From: Eubacteriales bacterium
Lineage (GTDB): Bacteria > Bacillota > Clostridia > Oscillospirales > CAG-272
Length of the DNA stretch: 64,000 bases
Reading direction: 5' to 3'
Assembly: GCA_045649925.1 (NCBI GenBank)
Contig: JAZRQS010000040.1
Coordinates: 1,499 to 65,498, forward strand
The notes under the pieces were generated by a model. That model searched no databases. It was given only the letters and a program-made list of their open reading frames with translations, and was not told the origin of the DNA. The position numbers and the translations under genes are program-made. Shown here piece by piece: positions 31,378 to 40,654 of this stretch; position 1 is the stretch's first letter, and each line of letters starts with the position of its first letter.

Positions 31378-33513
31378 TCAAGCGAAAATGCCTGGTTTTT
31401 GAACACTAAACTTTACTTTTATGTAGTGCTTGCTTGATTTTTTGGTATTCAGCGTTATGTGGTTCTGGTGTGGCATAGCGAGCTTTTTATACCCGTCTGC
31501 GCCCTCGTAAAGCTCGGTAGTAAATTTGTCGCTCAGGATTATGCTATCTGTCAAGCCCTCTACCGCCTCGACTGTGAGTGTAATTCCCTTGCGATGAATA
31601 AGCACCTTTCCGTCCTTTGTCTCTACATCGCCGAGCGTATGCAGGCAAAAGTCAAGAGTGACATCACCGTCAGAGGTGACTATATCCTCTATAACGAGAG
31701 TTTTTTCGCTTGGGTTCATGGTAAACAGGCGTTTCCACGAGTTAAGCGACTCGTATGCATCGTCAAGATTGAGCTCGGCGGAAAATAAGCTTCCGTCTTG
31801 CTTGCAATACTCGATTTTTCCCACAGGCTTTTCGCTGAAGGTGGGCTGTCCCTCGCCATTTACTACCAGCGTATTGTGAGCGCGCGAGGTGTTTGTCCAT
31901 TCAAAATGATGCTTGCTGCCCCATCCACAGCCGTAATATCCCGACGGGGAAATGAGCGACACGCCCTCGAAAAACAGGGCAAACGAGCCTTGGTCGGAGT
32001 GGGAGTGACTTGCAGAGCCAAATCTGCTTGCCCTCGCCATAACTGTCATACAGTCCTGCTTTTCAAAGGAGGAGCGCATGCTGAAAACTCCTGTTTTTTC
32101 AAACGCGTCTGCAAGACGGGCGCATCTTGTGAGATGGCGCGCGGGCGTTTTCGTTTTCGGCAGGAATATGTCGAGCAGGTGTAGCTTGAAGAATTCGGGC
32201 GTGGGGAGCGCCTGCTCCTTTTCCTTTGCCTCGGCAGGTCCGAATTTATCTGCATAAACTCTGTACGGGTTTTGGGCAAAAAATCCCGGCCACTCCTCGT
32301 CCTCGCTCGAGCACCAGTATCCGTCGCCAAAGGGGTGATTTTCATAGTCGGCATCCGCAAAATGCAAAAGGAAGTTGCTGTAATTCTGGTAAAACGGCCT
32401 GTCAAGATAGCTCTTGCCTGTATATCTTTCCACACACGAAAAGAATGGCAGGAACCACTTCGTGTAGCTTGTGGCGTAGAATACGCCCTCGCCCCAGCCG
32501 CCGTCTGTGCTTCCGTAGTGCGGGAAAAGGCCTCCATATATCTGCATAGCGGTTTCAAGGTATCTGAGTATGGTTTCTTCGTCCTCATAGCCCTTTAGCA
32601 TAACTGCCATAAGCCCAAGATAAGCAGGTATTCTTCCTGTGTGCGAGCTTCCGGGGTGCTGTTCAAACTTGTCCGCTATAATTCGCTCGTAGCAGTAGTG
32701 AGCTGATATAGCGACAGCCTTCAAAACCTCCCTGCGCTCATCTTCGGAAAGCACATCGTAAAGCAGGTCGTATGCGACGGCAAGAGTTCTCGCCACGCTC
32801 AATGCCGCCTCGTCGCCACCGGGGCCGACGACAGTCAGGTAGTGGTGGTGATGGTCCCAGGACGCTATCTCGAGAATGACCTTTTTGCCGTGCATAGCCG
32901 CCTCGCTGTCGCCGAGCAGACGCCAGCCGAGACCGAGCGCTATGAGGTTTGTGTCCATATAGTTGCGTATTACATTTGTGTAATTTCTTATGTGCAAATA
33001 CTTATATTCCGAGTCGTTTACTTCAAAGGATTGGTCGTATGGAGGGAGCGGAATTCCGTCTGAAATCGCCTTTGTTATGTTTCTTTTGAGGACCTTTATG
33101 TCCTTTGCGTGAGAGCAGACAATGTCGGGAATGTCCTCGGCAAAAAACAGCGCACGAGGGTGCACGCTCTCGTCTATGTTGTCGTAAAGCTCGCGCGCAG
33201 TCGGGCGCATGAATATTACTGCCTCGTCACTTATTGTAAACCTTTGTTTACCTTTTTGCTTGCCGTTGGAAGTCACGTTCCATTCGTACTCGCCTGACAC
33301 GAGCACCTCGCTCGGTGTGAAATAGCACTTGTCGGAGTGGTACTCACGGCAAAATCCATTCTTGCCATTCAGCGTGATGGTGTAGCCTGCGCCGTTGTTT
33401 TCCTTGTCGGCTATCCATGAAAGGCAGGGGGGATTTTCGAATACTATCTCGTTTTCTTCAGGGAATGGGAAAATTTCATTCGGTTTTGATCTTTTTTGAG
33501 AAAATTCACTCAT
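31378..33513 (-). CDS. DUF4962 plus heparinase II/III-domain protein (PL15-like oligosaccharide lyase)
   Basis: N-terminal NPPCLSW (DUF4962-like), SSH, DGGWGEGVFY, SHSHSDQGSF. Confidence 0.75.
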   Translation of the reverse strand: MSEFSQKRSKPNEIFPFPEENEIVFENPPCLSWIADKENNGAGYTITLNGKNGFCREYHSDKCYFTPSEVLVSGEYEWNVTSNGKQKGKQRFTISDEAVIFMRPTARELYDNIDESVHPRALFFAEDIPDIVCSHAKDIKVLKRNITKAISDGIPLPPYDQSFEVNDSEYKYLHIRNYTNVIRNYMDTNLIALGLGWRLLGDSEAAMHGKKVILEIASWDHHHHYLTVVGPGGDEAALSVARTLAVAYDLLYDVLSEDERREVLKAVAISAHYCYERIIADKFEQHPGSSHTGRIPAYLGLMAVMLKGYEDEETILRYLETAMQIYGGLFPHYGSTDGGWGEGVFYATSYTKWFLPFFSCVERYTGKSYLDRPFYQNYSNFLLHFADADYENHPFGDGYWCSSEDEEWPGFFAQNPYRVYADKFGPAEAKEKEQALPTPEFFKLHLLDIFLPKTKTPARHLTRCARLADAFEKTGVFSMRSSFEKQDCMTVMARASRFGSASHSHSDQGSFALFFEGVSLISPSGYYGCGWGSKHHFEWTNTSRAHNTLVVNGEGQPTFSEKPVGKIEYCKQDGSLFSAELNLDDAYESLNSWKRLFTMNPSEKTLVIEDIVTSDGDVTLDFCLHTLGDVETKDGKVLIHRKGITLTVEAVEGLTDSIILSDKFTTELYEGADGYKKLAMPHQNHITLNTKKSSKHYIKVKFSVQKPGIFA

Positions 33514-34097
33514 TTCTGCTCCTCGTGCTCCTTTTTAGCCCGACGAGAATACCAAGTGTATTCGCCTGTCTCTGGGTTTATCTCGCCTACCTGACGGGCG
33601 GGAATTCCTGCCATTATGGCAAAGTCTGGGGTGCTCTTGGTAACTACTGCACCGGCGCAGATGAGGTTTCCTCTGCCTATTCTTACGCCGGAGGTAACGC
33701 TGACTGCATGTGCGAGCCAGCTACCCTCACCGATGACGATGCTGACATCGAAATCCTTGTCGTTTCGCAGAGTGTTGAACGCCTTTGTCACAGGATCAAA
33801 CTTGTGGTCGCCTGCCGTCACCGAGCAGTGAGGGCCTATAAGCACGTTGTCGCCTATGGTTACATTGCCGTTTACATAGCAATGGAAAGAAAACAATACA
33901 TTCTTGCCCACATTTTCTATCGGCACAGATACGCAAGCTCCGGGAGCTATCATTGTGTTTTTGTCAAATCCGAAAAGTCGAGCTCTTTTCAAGAGGTAGT
34001 CCTTGTTGTGAGCTTCGTTGCAGAATTTTGTGTACTTTTCAAACTCCTCGTCGCTTATTACGAGATTTCTCATATATTCACGGCTTCCAAGTTTCAT
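33510..34097 (-). CDS. Hexapeptide-repeat (LbH) acyltransferase, sugar O-acetyltransferase-like
   Basis: VTIGDNVLIGP, IVIGEGSWL, IMAGIPARQV; 4-nt overlap with the lyase start. Confidence 0.85.
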   Translation of the reverse strand: MKLGSREYMRNLVISDEEFEKYTKFCNEAHNKDYLLKRARLFGFDKNTMIAPGACVSVPIENVGKNVLFSFHCYVNGNVTIGDNVLIGPHCSVTAGDHKFDPVTKAFNTLRNDKDFDVSIVIGEGSWLAHAVSVTSGVRIGRGNLICAGAVVTKSTPDFAIMAGIPARQVGEINPETGEYTWYSRRAKKEHEEQK

Positions 34098-34256
34098 AGA
34101 GGCGTCTCCTTTAAAAAAGTCGTTTTTCTTGATTTTACCATAAGAAAAGTGGTATTGCAAGTGATAAATCGTTCATTGCCTTAAAATAAAAATACAATTT
34201 CCTCCGTTAATACACAAATAAAGCACGGCAAGAGCCGTATAAAGAGTAATTCCGTA

Positions 34257-34285
34257 TTGACTTTTCTCTGTTCGTGTGATAGAAT
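34257..34285 (+). promoter_or_regulatory. SigmaA promoter for the permease
   Basis: TTGACT-17-TAGAAT with extended TG. Confidence 0.75.
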
Positions 34286-34340
34286 ATTAGATGTTTTAGA
34301 GATTGCGCTGACAGGCGCATACTACGAAAGGACGACTACA

Positions 34341-35597
34341 ATGCTATATCCTATTTTATCATTGGTATTCTTGGCGGTGGCAATTGCCATAGGCTGTGTG
34401 ATGAAAAAGAACACGGGCGTGGTTTCTATCGCTCTCGCTCTCGTGCTTGCCAGAATAGTGGGCGTTTCCGACAAGGAGCTTATCAGCTACTTTGACTCAA
34501 AGCTGTTTATAATGCTTCTCGGAATTATGTTCTTGTTCTGCATAGCGCAAAACAATCGCACACTCGAGCTTCTTGCGAGAAAGGCTATCAAGCTTTGTCG
34601 TGGCAAGGTAAAGCTCATTCCTATAGTTTTGTTTTTGCTCGGCGCTGTGATTTCAGGCGTCGGACCTGGAATTATATCCACCACTGCACTTATGGCAGTG
34701 CTCGGTATGGCGCTCGCCGCAGAACTCTGCATTGAGCCTATCGGTCTTTTGCTCTTTGGCTCGCTTGGCGCATTTGCAGGTGGACTTTCACCCATCACCC
34801 CCTCCGGCATCGTTGCCGTAGAGGTGGCAGAGAAGAGCGGAATTACAGGCGTTGCGCTCCCCATCACCTTGTGGATGGCTGTTATTATGATTTTCTGCGC
34901 GACGGTCCTTTATTTCTTCGTATTCAAGTGGCACAAGTATGAGCAGAGCGAGAGCGCAAATGCATCGCTTGATGACGACAAGTTTGAGCTCCAGCATTAT
35001 GCAACACTGCTCGGCATTATAGTCGTAGCGGCATTCGCCACAATATTTGACATCAATATCGGTCTTATCTCGTTCGCCGTCGCTATTGTATTGCTCTTGT
35101 TCGGCTTTGCCGATGAGGGTGCGGCTATCAAGGCGATTCCGTGGAGCACCCTTATTATGATAACCGGCGTTGGTATGCTCATTTCTCTCGTTACCAAGCT
35201 CGGTGGAATTGACCTCCTCTCTGACGGACTTCGTATGCTTATGGGCGAAAAGACTGCGACTGCTATAATCACAGTGCTCGCAGGAGTTATGTCTTGGGTT
35301 TCTTCTGCATCGGGTGTCGTTATGCCTACCCTTATCCCCACCACCCCTGCTCTTGCAGAGGGACTTGCAGGTGTCAGCCCCGTTGCGCTCGTAATCGGTA
35401 TATGCATCGGCGCAAATGCGGCGGCTTTCAGCCCACTTTCCAGCTGTGGCGGACTTATGCTTGCGGCATACTCCGGCTCAAAGGTTGCTACCACTGAGGG
35501 ACGAAACAAGATGTTCGCTCGTTTGTTCTTCTTCTCATCGGCTTGTATCGGCGTTTCTGCGATATTTGCATTGTTCGGTTGCTTTAACCTGATATGA
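34341..35597 (+). CDS. IT-superfamily (SLC13/CitMHS-like) carboxylate permease
   Basis: About 11 TM; GGLSPITPSG and AAFSPLSSCGG hairpin-loop motifs. Confidence 0.75.
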   Translation: MLYPILSLVFLAVAIAIGCVMKKNTGVVSIALALVLARIVGVSDKELISYFDSKLFIMLLGIMFLFCIAQNNRTLELLARKAIKLCRGKVKLIPIVLFLLGAVISGVGPGIISTTALMAVLGMALAAELCIEPIGLLLFGSLGAFAGGLSPITPSGIVAVEVAEKSGITGVALPITLWMAVIMIFCATVLYFFVFKWHKYEQSESANASLDDDKFELQHYATLLGIIVVAAFATIFDINIGLISFAVAIVLLLFGFADEGAAIKAIPWSTLIMITGVGMLISLVTKLGGIDLLSDGLRMLMGEKTATAIITVLAGVMSWVSSASGVVMPTLIPTTPALAEGLAGVSPVALVIGICIGANAAAFSPLSSCGGLMLAAYSGSKVATTEGRNKMFARLFFFSSACIGVSAIFALFGCFNLI

Positions 35598-35630
35598 TTT
35601 GATAGGCTAACCCTAACCCCTTATATCAAC

Positions 35631-35682
35631 AAAAAGAGAAAACAAATCGGTAAACTGAAATGTTTTCTCTTTTTTCTTTTTT
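35631..35682 (+). terminator. Probable terminator after the permease
   Basis: AAAAAGAGAAAACA/TGTTTTCTCTTTTT 14-bp stem plus T-run. Confidence 0.65.
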
Positions 35683-35687
35683 GTTTA

Positions 35688-35902
35688 ATGAAATCGTTGC
35701 GCGGCAACGATGAAATCCTCGCTCTGCTCAGATGAAGTCCAAGGCAATGCCTTGGATGAAGTCAAATCCGTCTAAATACAACCCTGCGAAGCAGGATTTC
35801 ATCGCGAAAGCGATTTCATCCACCAAAGGTGGATTTCACCCGTCGAATAGGGGTTCCCCGAAAAGCCTATGGCTTTTTGGGGGTTCTCGTAGACGGATTT
35901 GA
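35688..35902. repeat. Composite palindromic element (REP/MITE-like)
   Basis: Four (G)ATGAARTC units separated by hairpins, then three GATTTCAY(C) units separated by hairpins; 13-bp inverted pair 35762-35774/35890-35902. Confidence 0.75.
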
Positions 35903-35917
35903 TTGCGTGATTGTCCG

Positions 35918-36436
35918 TTAGGACATCACGCTAATGGGGTCGCGGAAAATTTCTAATTCGGGTGTTCGGAAAGTGAAAAGCACGAAAAGAAAGGCGATGA
36001 AGAGGAGTATAGCGACAGCTCGCTTTGGGGATTTGCAGGACAGCCTTTCTGAGTTGAACAGGCGTGCTTCGTACACATAAGCGATAGCTCCGGCAATGAA
36101 GAAAATTGCTATATTCAGCCAGTCGGGAGATTTTCCTATCACGCCGTTGTAGGTGTAGAAAAAGACGGGTATCAGGGCAAGACCGAGAAGAACGCCACGT
36201 AGCTTTACACACCAGAAGTCTCGTCTTTCGCGAAAGAAAAAGCTCTCGACGAATGCAAAGGCGAGCATCGGCCAGAACAGTAGCTTCATATGCTCCCAAG
36301 TCGACTCGTTTACTCCCGAAAATGGCGCTACCCACACGCTATCTCCCAGCCATTCGTATAAAAAATGCAACACAGTACCCAAAAGTGAAGTGACTGCAAA
36401 GCCACACAGCTGCCATAGTCCTATTGAACGCTTCAT
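35918..36436 (-). CDS. Small membrane protein (DUF6512-like)
   Basis: GTVLHFLYEW, VNESTWEHMKLLFWP. Confidence 0.75.
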   Translation of the reverse strand: MKRSIGLWQLCGFAVTSLLGTVLHFLYEWLGDSVWVAPFSGVNESTWEHMKLLFWPMLAFAFVESFFFRERRDFWCVKLRGVLLGLALIPVFFYTYNGVIGKSPDWLNIAIFFIAGAIAYVYEARLFNSERLSCKSPKRAVAILLFIAFLFVLFTFRTPELEIFRDPISVMS

Positions 36437-36570
36437 ATCCTACCTCGTGATTTTTATTGTTCAATAAAATTGTATTCAGCTTGTATTCAGAATATGCAAG
36501 GTGCGGAAATGCTCGCACCTCGTTATGTGCCCGACCTGTGCAGATTTTTGTGAATAGCGTGACGGCTTCG

Positions 36571-36599
36571 TTGACTTTTTTTCTGCGATATGATACAAT
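36571..36599 (+). promoter_or_regulatory. SigmaA promoter for the DUF2179-like gene
   Basis: TTGACT-17-TACAAT with extended TG. Confidence 0.7.
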
Positions 36600-36678
36600 A
36601 ATAAAGGCAAACGAAACACCCCGAAAAAAATGCAGGGCGTTTGAAACTGATATAAAAAGTGTAAAAAAGGAGAAAAAT

Positions 36679-37221
36679 ATGTCGGAATTTTTAGCATCTA
36701 TCCACCCCGTTGCGCTATGCCTTATCGTGTGTTGTGCAAAAATAATGGAGATAACGATACAGTCCCTGCGCACCTGTATGATGGTAAGGGGACAGAGATT
36801 AAAGGCGGCAGGGCTCGGCATTCTCGAGTGCATTGTATGGGGACTTGTCATATCGACCATCATAAGCACCCTCGGAGACAAGCTGTTTTTGCTCGCATTC
36901 TATAGCCTCGGCTACGCCGTAGGTCTTTTCCTCGGCTCAACTCTTGAGGGCAAGATAGCGCTCGGCACGTCAAGCATTCAGCTCATCGCAAACGATGAAA
37001 ACACACAAAAGATAATAGCCTACCTCAAGGAAAACTCCCGTGGATACACCATTTTCGAGGGTCACGGCTCTGTCGAAAAAATGAATATGATATTCGTCGT
37101 GTTGCCTCGTCGAGACGTGGTCTCCGTTATAAAAAAGACAAGAAAACTTTGCAAAAACAACGTTTTTGTCGTTGTTGACGACGTAAATAAGTATGCAGGT
37201 GGCTACGGAATGGTTAAATGA
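36679..37221 (+). CDS. UPF0316/DUF2179-like membrane protein
   Basis: TM N-terminus (YSLGYAVGLFLG) plus a soluble C-terminus (RGYTIFEGHG); ATG after AAGGAG. Confidence 0.8.
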   Translation: MSEFLASIHPVALCLIVCCAKIMEITIQSLRTCMMVRGQRLKAAGLGILECIVWGLVISTIISTLGDKLFLLAFYSLGYAVGLFLGSTLEGKIALGTSSIQLIANDENTQKIIAYLKENSRGYTIFEGHGSVEKMNMIFVVLPRRDVVSVIKKTRKLCKNNVFVVVDDVNKYAGGYGMVK

Positions 37222-37270
37222 TGTAAAGTAATATTTACATTAATGGCTTTTGGCGTGATGGAGTGAAAAT

Positions 37271-38020
37271 ATGAACCCGTATCTTAAAAACCTATGCAAA
37301 ATAGAGTTTGTCGTAACCTATGCCTGCACAGGACGATGCAAGCATTGCTCAGAGGGGAGTGCAGAGCATTGTGGCGAGCGCATTGACACGCGTGCAGCGT
37401 CTGATTTTTTGCGCAAGGTCGCAGAAAAATACGACATAAAAACTGTTATGACATTCGGTGGAGAGCCACTTCTGCACCCCGATGCGGTATGCGGGATTAT
37501 GGCGACTGCCAGGTCGCTTGGTGTTCCGCACAGACAGGTGATCACAAACGGATATTTTTCGAGCGACATAGCACAAATCCGAGAGCTTGTCCGTCGCCTC
37601 GCAGACAGTGGAGTAAACGACCTGCTCCTCTCCGTCGACGCATTTCATCAGGAGACGATACCTCTTGATATTGTGAGAGCGTTTGCCACAGAGCTGAAAA
37701 AATTCGGTGTCCCGACACGGCTTCAGCCTGCATGGCTGGTGAGCAAGGCTGACGACAATGAGTACAACCGGAAAACGAGAGAAATCCTCGATAGCCTTGC
37801 CGATTTAGCTCTTGTTGAAGGTGAGGGAAACATCGTTTTCTTTGAAGGAAACGCAAAAAAATACCTATCTGAATACTTTGACGGCAAGGCTGTCGAAAAT
37901 CCGTACATAGAAAACGTGTGTGACGTGAGATGCCTCTCCGTTTCTCCAAACGGCGACGTCTTGGGTGGCAACATGTACAGACAGGACATAATCGAAATTA
38001 TCGACGCCTACCGGCCGTAA
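37271..38020 (+). CDS. Radical SAM protein
   Basis: CTGRCKHC (CxxxCxxC), TFGGEPLL, ITNG, LSVDAFHQE. Confidence 0.9.
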   Translation: MNPYLKNLCKIEFVVTYACTGRCKHCSEGSAEHCGERIDTRAASDFLRKVAEKYDIKTVMTFGGEPLLHPDAVCGIMATARSLGVPHRQVITNGYFSSDIAQIRELVRRLADSGVNDLLLSVDAFHQETIPLDIVRAFATELKKFGVPTRLQPAWLVSKADDNEYNRKTREILDSLADLALVEGEGNIVFFEGNAKKYLSEYFDGKAVENPYIENVCDVRCLSVSPNGDVLGGNMYRQDIIEIIDAYRP

Positions 38021-38206
38021 AGACGGAAAAGGAAAAGGCGCTATCCCGAAAAAGCTTAACACAAATACAGGCTTGCCCGACCCACACACAAGGGAAGGAC
38101 AAGCCGTTTTTTTATCTGGTTTGACTTGCGCGGCGTTGTGACAGCCCGAAATGTTATAAATATTCATGAATTTTCAAAAAAATATGCAAAAATTCCCCAA
38201 AAAGCA

Positions 38207-38235
38207 TTGAAAAACGCTGTGAAAAGATGTACAAT
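38207..38235 (+). promoter_or_regulatory. SigmaA promoter for the diguanylate cyclase
   Basis: TTGAAA-17-TACAAT. Confidence 0.65.
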
Positions 38236-38313
38236 ATATATATTATTATTATATTTATAGTAAAATAATCTCGCGCATGCGAGTAGTATCTTCAATAACA
38301 GGAGGGTATAAAT

Positions 38314-40599
38314 ATGTCAAGAGATCTCTTTAACAAGAAGAAAGGGAGAACAATATTATACACGATATGCACGTTTGTTTTGCTTTGTGTGATGTTTGCT
38401 TCGCTTGCTACATATCTGTATAGAGACGCCGAAAACAGAGCGATGGAAAATCTGCACGTGCAGACAAAGCAGATAAAGGACGACCTCACTCTGCAGATGC
38501 TGTCCGACCGTGAAAATTTGTCGACAATGGCTAGCTTTGCATCAAAGCTCTATCTTGACGGAGAGGACTACAGCCTTTTGTTCGAGTCCTTCAAGCCTAT
38601 TGGTCTTATCGACAATATAGGTATTCTCAATACCGACAATACGTTTGTAACCAAGGTGGGCAGGACAGAGCTCAAGGATATTTCCTTTGAAGACGAGCTT
38701 GCACTTGGTTCATATGTTTCAGGTCGTGTGAGAGATATTACAAACGTCAACTACGAGCGCGTAAGAATTTCCGTCCCGATAGTAGCAAACGGAGAAACTG
38801 TCGGTATCTTGTACGGAATTATCAAGCTCGACAGCATTGAGCAGAGATATATCGGAATAGCGACAGAGCTTGACGCTCAGCTTTTCATTTACGATATGGC
38901 GGGCGACCTTATAGTCGACTCGATACATAAAGAGCCCGGCAACATCTCATTTTTGCGTGATCGTAAATATAACGGCGACTACTCCTACGAGGAGTTTGCG
39001 ACATCGGAAAAGGGCTTTACCTCCTTCCAGTCCGCATACAGAGACGAGGACGTGCTTATGCACTATTCCACCCTTGAGGATCTCGACTGGAAAATCGCCC
39101 TTGTAAGATACGACTCGCAGGTGTATGCCGAAACCCATACCCTTACCTTGATATTCTTCATAGTAATTGCGATAATAGTGCTCGCTATGGGTGTTTTCAC
39201 TACCGCCCTTACACGAGTAGAGCGCAAGGAAAGCAATGTAATTGACTGCGCATCAAATATCCGAAAGATGCTCATTGAGGCATCGGGAAATAATAGCAAC
39301 ATTACCGAGGCGCTGAAGGAGGTTGCCGCATTTACAAGGTCAAGGTCGGCCATCTTCTTTGACACAAACGGAGAGGACTATCACTACAGCTCGAAGGACG
39401 CTGACGGAGTGAATTTGTCAGGTGAGCAGAGCACAGTCTTGAAGGCAGAGCTCTTGCGCTATGTTTCCACCCTTACTGCGCACGACACAGGCACTATCAA
39501 GCCTATCAGTCTGCGACAGGACAGCCGTCTTGAAAAGACCGCACCCTCCGTTTATGCGATGCTGAAGGATTGTGGCATAGACGAGATAATTTTCTTGGCT
39601 ACGATAAACCACTCAAATCACATCACTATTCTTGCCGTAATAAACCCTGAACGCAGAGCAGACGCATCTTACCTTGCCGAAAAGGTTTCTGCCTGCTTCA
39701 CTATCGCACTCGACAATAGCAATATACTCAACAAGACACGACTTGCCGCAACGACGGACTCGCTCACGGGCACTCTGAATCGTGTGGCATATAACAATGA
39801 TCTGCATATCATAAATGAGGAAAGACCATTTGACTTTTCCTGCATTTACGTCGATGTAAACGAGCTCCACAACCATAACAACAAATATGGTCACGCCGAG
39901 GGCGATAAAATGCTTTTGTATATCGCTCACACACTAAAGGACGTGTTCTTCGGTCAGCGAGTTTACCGAATGGGCGGAGACGAGTTTTTGGTATTCTGCC
40001 GTAATCTCGGACAGGAGGATATAAACAAGTCGATAGACATCTTCCTTGCTCAGCTCGACCAGTGTGGCTACCACGTGGCGATAGGTATTTCCTTCAGAAG
40101 CCAGAACACCAACACCGAGGAAATGGTGCGAGAGGCTGAAGTCAGAATGTACGAGATCAAGGCAAAGTATTATCAGGACAAAGAGCAAAGGATAAAGAAC
40201 TCCTCCGAAAACGAATATGTTCAGGTAAAGACGGGTATTCCCGAAATTGACGCTATGCTTTCCATACTCAAGGAGAGCTACAACGGCATATACAGGGTTT
40301 CTCTCGACACCGACAGCGCACATCGAGTGCTTATGCCGGCATATCTGAACTACAATGAAACCGAGGACAACTTCTCACGCCTGTTTGCAAACTATGTGGC
40401 AGACTCGGCGGAGTCGGACTACCACAGAGCTCTGCTCAGCTTCCAGAATTACGAAGCACTCAGACAACAGCTTGCAGACGGCAAGACACCGAGAATAACG
40501 TACAAAAAGCTGAATGGCGAGATGGTGACCTTAAGCGTTCACCGACTCAGCGACACGGATTCCGTATCGGAAACTTTGTGGATTTTTGCAAAAAAATAA
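38314..40599 (+). CDS. Membrane sensor diguanylate cyclase (TM-Cache-like-TM-GAF-like-GGDEF-C-terminal domain)
   Basis: Two TM helices flank an extracytoplasmic domain; TDSLTGTLNR, YVD, NNKYGHAEGD, intact RMGGDEF. Confidence 0.9.
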   Translation: MSRDLFNKKKGRTILYTICTFVLLCVMFASLATYLYRDAENRAMENLHVQTKQIKDDLTLQMLSDRENLSTMASFASKLYLDGEDYSLLFESFKPIGLIDNIGILNTDNTFVTKVGRTELKDISFEDELALGSYVSGRVRDITNVNYERVRISVPIVANGETVGILYGIIKLDSIEQRYIGIATELDAQLFIYDMAGDLIVDSIHKEPGNISFLRDRKYNGDYSYEEFATSEKGFTSFQSAYRDEDVLMHYSTLEDLDWKIALVRYDSQVYAETHTLTLIFFIVIAIIVLAMGVFTTALTRVERKESNVIDCASNIRKMLIEASGNNSNITEALKEVAAFTRSRSAIFFDTNGEDYHYSSKDADGVNLSGEQSTVLKAELLRYVSTLTAHDTGTIKPISLRQDSRLEKTAPSVYAMLKDCGIDEIIFLATINHSNHITILAVINPERRADASYLAEKVSACFTIALDNSNILNKTRLAATTDSLTGTLNRVAYNNDLHIINEERPFDFSCIYVDVNELHNHNNKYGHAEGDKMLLYIAHTLKDVFFGQRVYRMGGDEFLVFCRNLGQEDINKSIDIFLAQLDQCGYHVAIGISFRSQNTNTEEMVREAEVRMYEIKAKYYQDKEQRIKNSSENEYVQVKTGIPEIDAMLSILKESYNGIYRVSLDTDSAHRVLMPAYLNYNETEDNFSRLFANYVADSAESDYHRALLSFQNYEALRQQLADGKTPRITYKKLNGEMVTLSVHRLSDTDSVSETLWIFAKK

Positions 40600-40611
40600 A
40601 GACAAAAGCAC

Positions 40612-40640
40612 TTGACAAGACCGGGTCATTGTGATAGAAT
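40612..40640 (+). promoter_or_regulatory. SigmaA promoter of the polysaccharide operon
   Basis: TTGACA-17-TAGAAT with extended TG. Confidence 0.85.
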
Positions 40641-40654
40641 ACGTACTGTATTTT

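Noticed and set aside
35688-35902. CRISPR array interpretation of the repeated boxes
   Set aside because: Repeats are only 8-9 nt, spacers are short self-complementary hairpins, orientation flips midway, and no cas genes are present.
38314-40599. Hypr (cGAMP-synthesising) GGDEF
   Set aside because: The specificity position is Asp (GHAEGD), not Ser.
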